Positions 63,641 through 64,000 of a DNA stretch of 64,000 nt are shown piece after piece. How positions within the stretch are numbered: the stretch's first letter is position 1; the number at the start of each line of letters is the position of its first letter. Under the pieces are notes generated by a model. That model did not search any database, was not told the origin of the DNA, and saw only the letters and a program-made list of their open reading frames with translations. Source of the stretch: Nageia nagi (lineage: Eukaryota; Plantae; Pinophyta); contig JBITNC010000002.1 of NCBI GenBank assembly GCA_050084985.1, forward strand, positions 34,658,001-34,722,000, read 5' to 3'. The translations under genes and the position numbers were made by a program.

Positions 63641-64000
63641 GCACAAGGAAGTGGGATGTTCAACCTCAATGTGCTCTTTTAGCTATTTAGGAGTATTTTA
63701 TTAAATTTAGAGTAAATTTGAGAATATTGTGACCTTTTCTATGTAAAGTTCCACTTGAAGGCTCTCCAACATGGGACGTTGGACACTAGGAATCATTTAT
63801 TGTTATTTTAATTAACTTAATATTTGACATTTGTAAATGTGTGGGCCACTTAAGGATGCCAAAATAATGTTGTAATTTGTAATACCAAGGTAATTTATAT
63901 TTGTAAATGCAATATTAGTCTCCTCTAGTGAGGTGTTGCATATCTTGGCCTTGAGGAATTGTAATTTGGCATCACAAGGCATTTAGAAGCCCTCCAAATG

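Noticed and set aside
63657-64000. Possible LTR start truncating the LINE fragment
   Set aside because: Only a TGTT start and composition support it; it runs off the window, so it cannot be verified.

Overview
AT-rich eukaryotic land-plant genomic DNA. It is probably a gymnosperm/conifer; this is inferred from multi-kb TE-filled introns, heavily C->T-decayed retroelements and abundant PLS-PPR debris, and is not proven. Host genes come as two tandem pairs. (i) Two 3-exon DUF642 cell-wall genes with a GPI-type tail (+ strand, 12784-14258 and 29184-30685). Copy 1 has a 1-bp frameshift; copy 2 has an intact ORF but a GC-AG intron 2. (ii) Two plant aldo-keto reductases (AKR13/IN2-2/perakine-reductase-like, - strand). 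One is an intact 7-exon gene spanning 39494-56163; the other is the 3' end of a frameshifted paralog at 61339-61771. The rest is mostly transposon: a Ty1/copia nested in the RT of a Tat/Ogre-type Ty3/gypsy, a full-length decayed copia and a solo LTR inside AKR introns, LINE/SINE fragments, four PPR pseudogene fragments and several tandem arrays. The most unusual object is an 8.5-kb TIR element (17432-25966) inserted in a ~200-bp satellite. It carries a hAT-type transposase plus a second, convergent, spliced gene, and has an apparent 11-bp rather than 8-bp target duplication. Also notable is an unidentified, coding-like ~1.1-kb sequence present three times. No CRISPR, rRNA or genuine tRNA genes were seen.
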